Origin: a virus
Lineage: Duplodnaviria; Caudoviricetes
IMG/VR virus record: IMGVR_UViG_3300017766_002961
Coordinates: 1-28,917 of that record
Reading direction: 5' to 3' (one strand)
Length of the DNA: 28,917 nucleotides
Shown here: piece after piece, positions 18,398-25,150 of the stretch
How positions within the stretch are numbered: the first letter of the stretch is position 1
How the letters are laid out: each line of letters starts with the position of its first letter
Notes under the pieces: generated by a model
Databases searched by the model: none
What the model was told of the DNA's origin: nothing
Seen by the model: only the letters and a program-made list of their open reading frames with translations
Made by a program: the position numbers and the translations under genes

Positions 18398-18538
18398 ATG
18401 GATAATAACTACGCATTTCTAAGATCACAAGTAAAAGCATTTCACCCTAACTGGAGTGAGGAGCAAGTCAAAGCTGAAATTGAAAAGATTATGAACGGAG
18501 AGGAAGAAGACGATGGATGTCTCTACTGTGGATCATAA
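18398..18538 (+). CDS. 46-aa peptide with an RNR alpha-like C-terminal CxxCGS tail
   Basis: MDNNYAFLRSQVKAFHPNWSEEQVKAEIEKIMNGEEEDDGCLYCGS; A-rich leader, promoter box 25 nt upstream. Confidence 0.7.
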   Translation: MDNNYAFLRSQVKAFHPNWSEEQVKAEIEKIMNGEEEDDGCLYCGS

Positions 18539-18546
18539 CATTCAAT

Positions 18547-18602
18547 TGTTAATAACTCATTCCAAAAAATATTTTTTATTTTAAAAACATTTGTTACATT
18601 TG
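18547..18602 (+). promoter_or_regulatory. Bacteroidota-type promoter with upstream TGTTAATAA box
   Basis: TACATTTG at 18595-18602; TGTTAATAA at 18547-18555. Confidence 0.65.
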
Positions 18603-18622
18603 TGAAATAATTACAAACACAA

Positions 18623-18865
18623 ATGGAAAAATTCAATTTCACACAAGAGGGCATTAACCAGATAAACAATGTTCTTTTCAACACAATGCTTGAACTTTTA
18701 ATTATGAACTCCTCTCGAAAAAATGAGGAGATATCTTCTGCTTTAAAAGAAGTATTGAATGGGGTTGTTGATGCTATTGCAGGAGATTTTGATGATATAA
18801 GAAAGTCTGATGATTTTATAAAGTCTGTTGAAGAATTTCACAAAGAGTTACAGGATAGAAATTAA
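18623..18865 (+). CDS. Hypothetical protein
   Basis: 80 aa, A-rich leader directly after a promoter box. Confidence 0.7.
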   Translation: MEKFNFTQEGINQINNVLFNTMLELLIMNSSRKNEEISSALKEVLNGVVDAIAGDFDDIRKSDDFIKSVEEFHKELQDRN

Positions 18866-18869
18866 TTAG

Positions 18870-19080
18870 CTCCGTTGGCCAGGAGATCGTAAAACACAGA
18901 CTGCCTCTTAACAATGCACACTATCTGTTCTCATCGTATAGGAGATAGAGTTAGCCTTCTCGATGTCATTTAAAAAGGCAAGTGTTGTTTCCTTGAGAAA
19001 GAAATGTGAGGATTTGCAGAGTAAAAGGAGTTAATACTGCAAGAACGCTCTCACAACACAGAGGACTTCTCATCCTCAAC
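18870..19080 (+). ncRNA. Candidate structured ncRNA with two kissing-loop pairs
   Basis: Several stems in a non-coding gap, with loop complementarities CATCG/CGATG and TGAGAA/TTCTCA. Confidence 0.5.
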
Positions 19081-19083
19081 ATA

Positions 19084-19202
19084 AAAGGAGTCGTGTATTG
19101 GTACATCGGATTGTTATAGCACCGATAGCAAAAAACACATAAACAAGATGTGGTCACTATAATGACTGCTACACAAGGGTTCGAATCCCTTCTCCTTTTC
19201 TA
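19084..19202 (+). ncRNA. tRNA-like element (non-canonical anticodon and variable arms)
   Basis: Acceptor AAAGGAG/CTCCTTT, D-arm GTGT-ATTGGT-ACAT, perfect T-arm AAGGG-TTCGAAT-CCCTT, 3' end T-CTA. About 65 nt between D and T arms. Confidence 0.6.
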
Positions 19203-19214
19203 GATTGAGCAGAT

Positions 19215-19433
19215 ATGAGTAGCAAGAAGCAAACATCGGTAGACACCCTCTTTGAAAGACTATGGGACACCCCAAAAGACAAGTGGGAATGGAACGCTAT
19301 AATCAAGGAGATAAGAGAGGTTCACAAGCAGGAGATGAAGGACCTTTACCTCGCTCATGTGACTAAAACTCCTCGTTTGAGAGAAATCTTCGAGAAGCAA
19401 TTTGAGGAATACTACACGAATACATTTGAGTAA
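19215..19433 (+). CDS. Small phage protein (KQTxV...EYYxxT family)
   Basis: 72 aa; shares terminal motifs with 19688..19921. Confidence 0.75.
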   Translation: MSSKKQTSVDTLFERLWDTPKDKWEWNAIIKEIREVHKQEMKDLYLAHVTKTPRLREIFEKQFEEYYTNTFE

Positions 19434-19435
19434 TC

Positions 19436-19675
19436 ATGACACCAAAAGAAAAAGCATTAGACTTATTTTCTACATTCAGATTTGCTATATCATTTCCTAA
19501 TAATCCACTTGGTGAGGATAAAGATAGAGTAGCAAAGATATGCGCATCTATGGCAGTGGCTGAAATAGAAGAAGCACTTGTGGATTATGGTAGAGGGGAT
19601 TCGCTTCAACTTCAAAACATGGATTCTGAATTTAGATTTTGGGAGCAAGTAAAACAAGAAATAGAAAACCTTTAA
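19436..19675 (+). CDS. Small phage protein (MTPKEKA...WxxVKQEIExL family)
   Basis: 79 aa, starts 2 nt after the previous stop; recurrent N- and C-terminal pattern. Confidence 0.75.
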   Translation: MTPKEKALDLFSTFRFAISFPNNPLGEDKDRVAKICASMAVAEIEEALVDYGRGDSLQLQNMDSEFRFWEQVKQEIENL

Positions 19676-19687
19676 AACTAAATAACT

Positions 19688-19921
19688 ATGGAAAAGAAAC
19701 AAACTGCGGTTGAATGGTTAGCTGAACAATTAGTGCCAAAGGCTATGCTTACCTATGATGCTATAACTTATAATGCTATTCAACAAGCCAAGCAAATGGA
19801 GAAGGAGCAACATTTTGAATCATATAGACAAGGTAACGTCTTCTTAGACTCTGACTCACTTAACTTTAAAGGTAGTTTTGATGAATACTACAACGAAACA
19901 TACGGAGGTAACAATGAGTAA
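19688..19921 (+). CDS. Small phage protein (KQTAVEWL...QAKQMEKEQ...EYYNETYGG family)
   Basis: 77 aa; probable paralog of 19215..19433. Confidence 0.75.
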   Translation: MEKKQTAVEWLAEQLVPKAMLTYDAITYNAIQQAKQMEKEQHFESYRQGNVFLDSDSLNFKGSFDEYYNETYGGNNE

Positions 19922-20186
19922 TTGGATAAGCGTAAAAGAGGCACTGCCAAAATCTATAAATGATGAGTATTATTATAGCGAAAATGTTTGGGTGCTTTGC
20001 GACAATGAGGTAATGGTAATGAGATTGGTCTTAATACAAGATGATGATGGAGATTGGGCTTGGTTATGGGCAAATTGCTATGGAAATGTTTTTGGAGATG
20101 GTAAAGTGGATGATGATTACGAAGTAACACATTGGATGCCATTAGAAATTCCACAAAATTTAGGAGGTCAAGATGAAAACCCGTAA
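19914..20186 (+). CDS. DUF551-like protein
   Basis: WISVK..LP N-terminus and VTHWMPL C-terminus; start at MSNW (19914). Confidence 0.8.
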   Translation: MSNWISVKEALPKSINDEYYYSENVWVLCDNEVMVMRLVLIQDDDGDWAWLWANCYGNVFGDGKVDDDYEVTHWMPLEIPQNLGGQDENP

Positions 20187-20541
20187 ACATCAATGGTTCT
20201 GTGAAAAAACAAAAGTTGCTCAAGCATACACTATACCTTGTGTTGGCTGTGATTTTACTTGTAAGAATGTAGTACGTCAATCTAAATCTCATGTTATAAC
20301 CAGAGCTAAACGTAAAGCAATATTACAACGTGACCGTAAAAGGTGTACACAATGTGGTAACACAGAAAAATTAACTGTAGACCATTTACTTCCTATTTGT
20401 GAAGGGGGTAAAAATGATAGTTGGAATCTTACTACTTTATGTCATGCTTGTAATAACAGTAAAGGAGATAAACTGGTAGATAAATTCTTGAAGTTACGGT
20501 TTAATCAACGGTACGGAATTAAAACTTACATGGGATGGTAG
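20173..20541 (+). CDS. HNH endonuclease
   Basis: RD..CxxC...LTVDH..P...GG.N...NL..LCxxCN..K. Confidence 0.9.
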   Translation: MKTRKHQWFCEKTKVAQAYTIPCVGCDFTCKNVVRQSKSHVITRAKRKAILQRDRKRCTQCGNTEKLTVDHLLPICEGGKNDSWNLTTLCHACNNSKGDKLVDKFLKLRFNQRYGIKTYMGW

Positions 20542-20666
20542 AATTATTTTGGATTATTTTTAAAGAACCTTTTAGAATGGTCAACGATTTTATGTTTGGA
20601 GATAACCATCATATCGTATCTGAAAGAGGTTGGAAAATATTAAATAACAATAAAAGGTCAAGATGA
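20535..20666 (+). CDS. Small hypothetical protein (43 aa)
   Basis: Manual ORF MVELFWIIFKEPF...NNKRSR; its stop overlaps the next ATG (ATGA). Confidence 0.45.
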   Translation: MVELFWIIFKEPFRMVNDFMFGDNHHIVSERGWKILNNNKRSR

Positions 20667-20956
20667 AAAGTAAAAGACTCACAGAAGAAGAAATGCTAAT
20701 AGAAATAATAAACACAATGTTTCTTATAGCTGGTCATGATGCAACATACGAAGATGTCAAAGGTCGACAAGACCAATGGTACACACAATGGACCATGACT
20801 CCAGAACAAGAAAAGAAGTGGATGGAGTGGATGATCTCCTACTACCGTAAGAATAAAAGAATGACAATAAGCTACGCAAAAAGAGCCGCAGCATGGACAA
20901 ACCTAATGTGGGGACTAACCGTAGTACAACCATTAATAGAACAGGAAAATGAGTGA
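20663..20956 (+). CDS. Hypothetical Trp-rich phage protein
   Basis: 97 aa, overlaps the next gene. Confidence 0.75.
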   Translation: MKSKRLTEEEMLIEIINTMFLIAGHDATYEDVKGRQDQWYTQWTMTPEQEKKWMEWMISYYRKNKRMTISYAKRAAAWTNLMWGLTVVQPLIEQENE

Positions 20957-21152
20957 TATAAGCAAGTGTTCGGGTGAAGGATGCCCACACAAAGAAAAGT
21001 GCTTCCGATTCACAGCACCAGCTGACGAGTACCGACAAGCCTATTTCGCAGAGCCTCCAATCAAAGACGATGGATCCTGCGATATGTTCTGGGGACAGAC
21101 ACAAACAGATATCCTCTCCCAACTAAAAGATATTTTGGGAGGTAAATCATAA
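20949..21152 (+). CDS. Small Cys-rich phage protein
   Basis: DI.KC.G..CP.K..C.RFTA......Q.YF..PP......C..FW; probable metal binding. Confidence 0.75.
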   Translation: MSDISKCSGEGCPHKEKCFRFTAPADEYRQAYFAEPPIKDDGSCDMFWGQTQTDILSQLKDILGGKS

Positions 21153-21186
21153 TTTGTATATTTGTTCATTATTAATATTAGAAATA

Positions 21187-21432
21187 ATGGCAATCAAGAA
21201 AAACGGTCCAGGTAAAGGATTTAAAATACAACCAGAGCCGCCTAAAAAAAAGGTGAGCTACTCAGTTAGCGGAGGAGGATCACAAAAGTCATCTAGCTTT
21301 GCAGCAGATATGTCGTATCAAATAACGCCAAGATTATCAGCATCAACCTCTCTTTACGCAGGATCTGGTAAACCATCTGGACAAATATCCTTGACATATA
21401 AAGCTCCAATAAAAAGAAAGAAGAAATCATGA
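21187..21432 (+). CDS. Small basic hypothetical protein
   Basis: Start at MAIKK (21187), after promoter box TATATTTG at 21157-21164. Confidence 0.6.
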   Translation: MAIKKNGPGKGFKIQPEPPKKKVSYSVSGGGSQKSSSFAADMSYQITPRLSASTSLYAGSGKPSGQISLTYKAPIKRKKKS

Positions 21433-21572
21433 TGAACTTAAACTTCGGACCAAAAGACCCAAAGAAAAAGAAATCCTTTGTCATAGTAAATAAGAAAAAA
21501 GTTTACATAGACAGCCAGGAAGATCTAATGAAACTCCTAAAAGATACAGGACATAAACCTTATAAAAAATAG
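21429..21572 (+). CDS. Small basic hypothetical protein (47 aa)
   Basis: Manual ORF with ATGA overlap, ending just before a terminator. Confidence 0.55.
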   Translation: MMNLNFGPKDPKKKKSFVIVNKKKVYIDSQEDLMKLLKDTGHKPYKK

Positions 21573-21585
21573 ATTACTCAAGAAG

Positions 21586-21607
21586 AGCCTCGCAAGAGGC
21601 TTTTTTT
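21586..21607 (+). terminator. Intrinsic terminator
   Basis: AGCCTC-GCAA-GAGGCT with GNRA loop and T7 run. Confidence 0.88.
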
Positions 21608-22367
21608 ATACCCATAAAGTCCCCTATACGTCACAAAAACCCGAAAAATTGTGACACATAAGTCACATTATAGTATGACTCCTCAGTCATTAAAGTCAAA
21701 ATATGGCTTTACGGTCAGCGATCCCACACAATAGTATGGTTTAATAGTCATTTTCTCTCCACAGAACAGTTCTGCATATTTAAATGAGCTAGATGTTATA
21801 AATAACACCCGTCCGATATAAACGGACAACCAACAAAAGACAGTAAACCACTCCTACTGGCAAATGTTTGTCGCAATTATAGTAAACTTTTGCGACAGCT
21901 GTTGTAGATAATTATCACCAGAATCAACACTATCGTTGATAATAATCCCCAACCCCTATAACGAACCCACCGCGTTCGCAATAGTTACATTCTGCAACCA
22001 AATGGTTAGTACCACTAACCAACTCCCAAAAAAAACAAGATCCCAGCAAAATCAGCTATTCCAACGATGGACAAATCGCATTTGGATCAAATTGTTTAGA
22101 ATCTTTTTTGAAAACAAAAAGCTAGAGAGAAGAGTGTAGAGGGGGGTTTCAGCACCAGACATGTATACCGCTCGCCCAGCGAAATCGCCCCTTCCGAACC
22201 CACCCCCCATGAAACCTTGTCCCTCTCCAAGCCCTGCACACAAGGCCTGCTCTACATTCCATGGCATTGTCCAAAGCCCCACAGCCCACAGCGTTTCCTC
22301 CAACGCCAATGATACCAAGGGATACAGAGGCACTAATATCATAACGTTTCCTGCCATATATTCAAGT

Positions 22368-22574
22368 GTGTACTTTATACACTAACTAAGTGTACACAAT
22401 ACACTAACCAATCAGAACCTCTCCTGTTATTGTGCAACACCACCATGAGTTATACACATTGCCATGTTGATAAAGATATGTTAAGGCCAACACAATAAAT
22501 CACGGCACCCATAGTTGACCCAACCCTTGCACTTAGTGTACATTATACACCAACCCTTAGTGTATCCTGTACAC
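22368..22574. repeat. Four GTGTA-N5-TACAC palindromes in two tandem pairs
   Basis: Copies at 22368-22382, 22390-22404, 22536-22550 and 22560-22574. Confidence 0.8.
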
Positions 22575-22794
22575 CTTTGCCCTAATTTCAGCACCAAAAA
22601 CCCAAATTCGGGAACTCTTGGAACACCTGCTAAACCAACATCTTCATCCCATATGCCCTTCTGAAACCCTTGTCATTACTGCGATTCATAAACATTGCGA
22701 TTTTCTTTAATTTTTTTCTCATTGATATTCAGTCAGTTAACTATTTATTTTCATTTTTTTTTCATCCCAACACAATAAACATTTGAGCAATTAC

Positions 22795-23222
22795 ATTATT
22801 ACTACAGATTCCAACGGGAATCACGAAAATTGAAATAGTGTATAACTGCCGCAACTGAATAGTTATAGCTCCATGCATATGTGAATAACCATAGGAGTGA
22901 ATTACAGAGTTATTATACATTATGATATGAATAGTAAGTGGAGCAACCTGCAACCATGATTGGAGGAGTAACTTAACCGATGCTAGAAGGGGTAGTGAAA
23001 CACTGAAGCAGGGACGCACATAGCGGAAAAGCGTATAAAGCCCGCAGTTCTTTGAAGTATGAGAGGAGTTAACAGGAGTAACATTGATAGGGGTCAATGC
23101 CTGTGGAGGAGGTAATCTGAAAAGGGGAGCAGGGCCGTGAGGACTGCACCTTTTCGTTAACGTATCACAACTAGATTCCGAAGGTCTAGCAGTATTCTAC
23201 TGAATACAGACGGGCGAACTAA
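22795..23222 (+). ncRNA. Candidate large structured ncRNA / early leader RNA
   Basis: About 430 nt without a credible ORF, more than ten hand-identified helices including long-range pairings, and a boxA-like AGTTCTTTGAA. Confidence 0.55.
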
Positions 23223-23248
23223 TTACTAACCACTTAATAACTACAGCT

Positions 23249-23359
23249 ATGAGAACCACGCAAATCTTGAGAATCGAGAACGGATTCGAAATTATTGGAC
23301 TATTCGAGGACGGAGTATTAATCCGCGAGATGAAACGTAGAGTCCGTGGATGGGACTGA
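23249..23359 (+). CDS. Small hypothetical protein (36 aa)
   Basis: Manual ORF MRTTQILRIENGFEIIGLFEDGVLIREMKRRVRGWD, preceded by the shared TAACCACTTAA...TACAGCTATG leader. Confidence 0.6.
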   Translation: MRTTQILRIENGFEIIGLFEDGVLIREMKRRVRGWD

Positions 23360-23408
23360 GACGGGGCGGAGTAAACACATTTGTATAACCACTTAAAAAC
23401 TTAATAAC

Positions 23409-23630
23409 ATGGAAAACACGACAGAATTTATCTTACAGGAAAACGTACTAACCAACAACACATTACTTATAGCTGATGAAGGCTATGTATTCAAAGGGGG
23501 CTATGTAGCTGTAATTCGAGAGTATGTTTATGCTAACGAGTGGAGCGACATAGAGGTTGTTAAAAAATTCAGAACACTTGAAAGTTTGAACAAATACCTC
23601 GATAAAAAATACCCAAACTGCGAACTTTAA
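23409..23630 (+). CDS. Hypothetical early-region protein
   Basis: 73 aa with shared leader motif. Confidence 0.7.
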   Translation: MENTTEFILQENVLTNNTLLIADEGYVFKGGYVAVIREYVYANEWSDIEVVKKFRTLESLNKYLDKKYPNCEL

Positions 23631-23652
23631 TAACAACTTAAAACTTAATAAA

Positions 23653-23823
23653 ATGAAAAACGCCACAATTGAAACCCTTTTGTTCTTGAGCATGCTTGTA
23701 TCAACCCTCGGAGTATTCTTTGGTATTGCCTTGCAGTCAATTGAATTTACAACGATGATGATGATTTGCTTCTTCACTGCTTTTGCAGGAATTGTAATCC
23801 ACTTGAGAGAATTAAAAAAGTAA
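23653..23823 (+). CDS. Small two-helix membrane protein (56 aa)
   Basis: Manual ORF MKNATIETLLFLSMLVSTLGVFFGIALQSIEFTTMMMICFFTAFAGIVIHLRELKK. Confidence 0.65.
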   Translation: MKNATIETLLFLSMLVSTLGVFFGIALQSIEFTTMMMICFFTAFAGIVIHLRELKK

Positions 23824-23844
23824 TAACCATAAAACCATAACAAC

Positions 23845-24351
23845 ATGATTGCACGAATTTTAACAGCCCAACAAATCAAGGAATCTGAAGGGCGTAACTA
23901 CAACCCACAAATTTGGTTGTCTAATGTCGATGAAATGGTGAGCAAATACAGGGACGTGGTGTTCTACCATGTGCCGAAGGATGACTTGTTCAGCTACGAC
24001 AGGTACTTTGTCGAGTACACCTTGGATACAGGTCTAAGGCTATTCAAATCTTTCAGCTACAGCAGTAGTATGACCAATGGAGGTTTTTATAGGCTCGATA
24101 AGTTCCCTGTAACAGCCGATGGAAAAGACATGCAGGACGCCATAAGCATGTTTGAGTCGGGTGATACGGAAGGTGCTAAACAGCTATCTACTGAGTTGAT
24201 TAATAACCCTAGCATTTTTAAAATTGAGAGCGGTAAATTCATGACCCAAGATGGCGACATGGTCATGATAAACACTACAAAAGAGGCTCGTGATTGGATG
24301 ACTGAACGTAGTATTCAGTACGGCTTGACATTCACCAAAGGCTTGTTTTAA
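23845..24351 (+). CDS. Hypothetical early-region protein
   Basis: 168 aa with A-rich leader. Confidence 0.75.
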   Translation: MIARILTAQQIKESEGRNYNPQIWLSNVDEMVSKYRDVVFYHVPKDDLFSYDRYFVEYTLDTGLRLFKSFSYSSSMTNGGFYRLDKFPVTADGKDMQDAISMFESGDTEGAKQLSTELINNPSIFKIESGKFMTQDGDMVMINTTKEARDWMTERSIQYGLTFTKGLF

Positions 24352-24356
24352 TTCAC

Positions 24357-24381
24357 GGAGGGGAGCGACTCCACAACGCTC
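24357..24381 (+). other. Intergenic H-type RNA pseudoknot candidate
   Basis: GGAG-gg-GAGCG-a-CTCC-acaa-CGCTC. Confidence 0.5.
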
Positions 24382-24412
24382 ATATTTTATTAACCACTTA
24401 AATTTATAAAAC

Positions 24413-24751
24413 ATGAAAACAACATGGAACATTGGGCTGAACAACAACCCATACACAGCTACATTAATCATTGACGCAATTACCACGGCCTTTCCTCATA
24501 ACGAGGGGTATATAGTGGCCTACAGGGAACACATGGGAGAGTGGGAGGGAAGACCCGAACCGACCCTTGTAATTGAGGTAATTGGAGAGCAGGACGCAGA
24601 TTCTATGGTCATCCTAACCAAAATGATGTGCATAGCTTTCACACAGGACGCAATTGCCGTTCGCAACAACGAAGACGGGGTACTTGTTTACAACCCTAAA
24701 TTTGAAGGTGAGCAGTACACATTCGACCCTCAATACTTTCACGAAATCTAA
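24413..24751 (+). CDS. Hypothetical early-region protein
   Basis: 112 aa; NIGL...G.W.G..EPTLV...QDAIAV pattern; shared leader motif. Confidence 0.75.
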   Translation: MKTTWNIGLNNNPYTATLIIDAITTAFPHNEGYIVAYREHMGEWEGRPEPTLVIEVIGEQDADSMVILTKMMCIAFTQDAIAVRNNEDGVLVYNPKFEGEQYTFDPQYFHEI

Positions 24752-24776
24752 TTATAAACCCTTAAAATTTACAGCT

Positions 24777-25088
24777 ATGACAAAGAGACAATTGAATCAA
24801 TTCGAGAAAGACGTTGCAGATGAAATCAGAAATTTCATCGAGTATTACACCTCTGACGAGGAGGTAGGTATCAGAATGTTTAACACCTTGGATGACTACA
24901 TGGACGAGGTGTACGAACAGCCACGAGAGGTCATGGTATTCACCTTTGACGTACGCAACGGACAGGATATCTTTTGGAAGAAAGCTATCATGGACGAATC
25001 ACCTACAGCGGAGTACATTCCTGCCGAGGAATTGCACCTGTGGGTGGCTAAGTATCGAGGCTATGGGTGGGAGGTAAAGGTTAACTGA
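24777..25088 (+). CDS. Hypothetical early-region protein
   Basis: Start at MTKRQ (24777) after TACAGCT. Its TGA stop lies in the hammerhead core. Confidence 0.7.
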   Translation: MTKRQLNQFEKDVADEIRNFIEYYTSDEEVGIRMFNTLDDYMDEVYEQPREVMVFTFDVRNGQDIFWKKAIMDESPTAEYIPAEELHLWVAKYRGYGWEVKVN

Positions 25089-25136
25089 CGAGTCTTGAGT
25101 AGACGAAACGTGAGGCTACGGCCTCATGTATTAACC
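25079..25136 (+). ncRNA. Type I hammerhead ribozyme
   Basis: Stem I GGTTAA/TTAACC, core CTGACGA, stem II GTCT-TGAGT-AGAC, GAAA, stem III CGTGAGGC-TACG-GCCTCATG, cleavage triplet GTA (25128-25130). Confidence 0.93.
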
Positions 25137-25150
25137 AATACAAAAACACC

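Larger units (their letters stand above)
20165..20669 (+). repeat. 15-bp direct repeats flanking the HNH cassette
   Basis: AGGTCAAGATGAAAA at 20165-20179 and 20655-20669. Confidence 0.75.

Noticed and set aside
19084-19202. Suppressor tRNA (TTA in the loop) and stop-codon recoding
   Set aside because: No canonical 5-bp stem with 7-nt loop and U33. TAA, TAG and TGA all end genes normally here and long genes are uninterrupted.
18870-19202. tmRNA
   Set aside because: Acceptor stem lacks the Ala G3-U70 identity and GGGG start, and no tag reading frame is evident.
22368-22574. CRISPR mini-array
   Set aside because: Units are 15 bp with variable centres and 7-9 bp gaps; there is no repeat-spacer periodicity and no cas gene.
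22778-22785. Early promoter AACATTTG
   Set aside because: One mismatch at the conserved T of TAnnTTTG; plausible by position but not supportable as a feature.
21936-23097. ORFs 21936..22139, 22052..22357, 22161..22385 and 22762..23097
   Set aside because: Mutually overlapping, atypical composition, lacking the A-rich leaders of real genes, and overlapping repeat or RNA-structure elements.
23030-23222. RNase P RNA or group I/II intron
   Set aside because: AAAGCCCG...ACAGACGGGC only loosely resembles P4; GAGGAAAGUCC is absent, no intron core is recognisable and no gene is interrupted.
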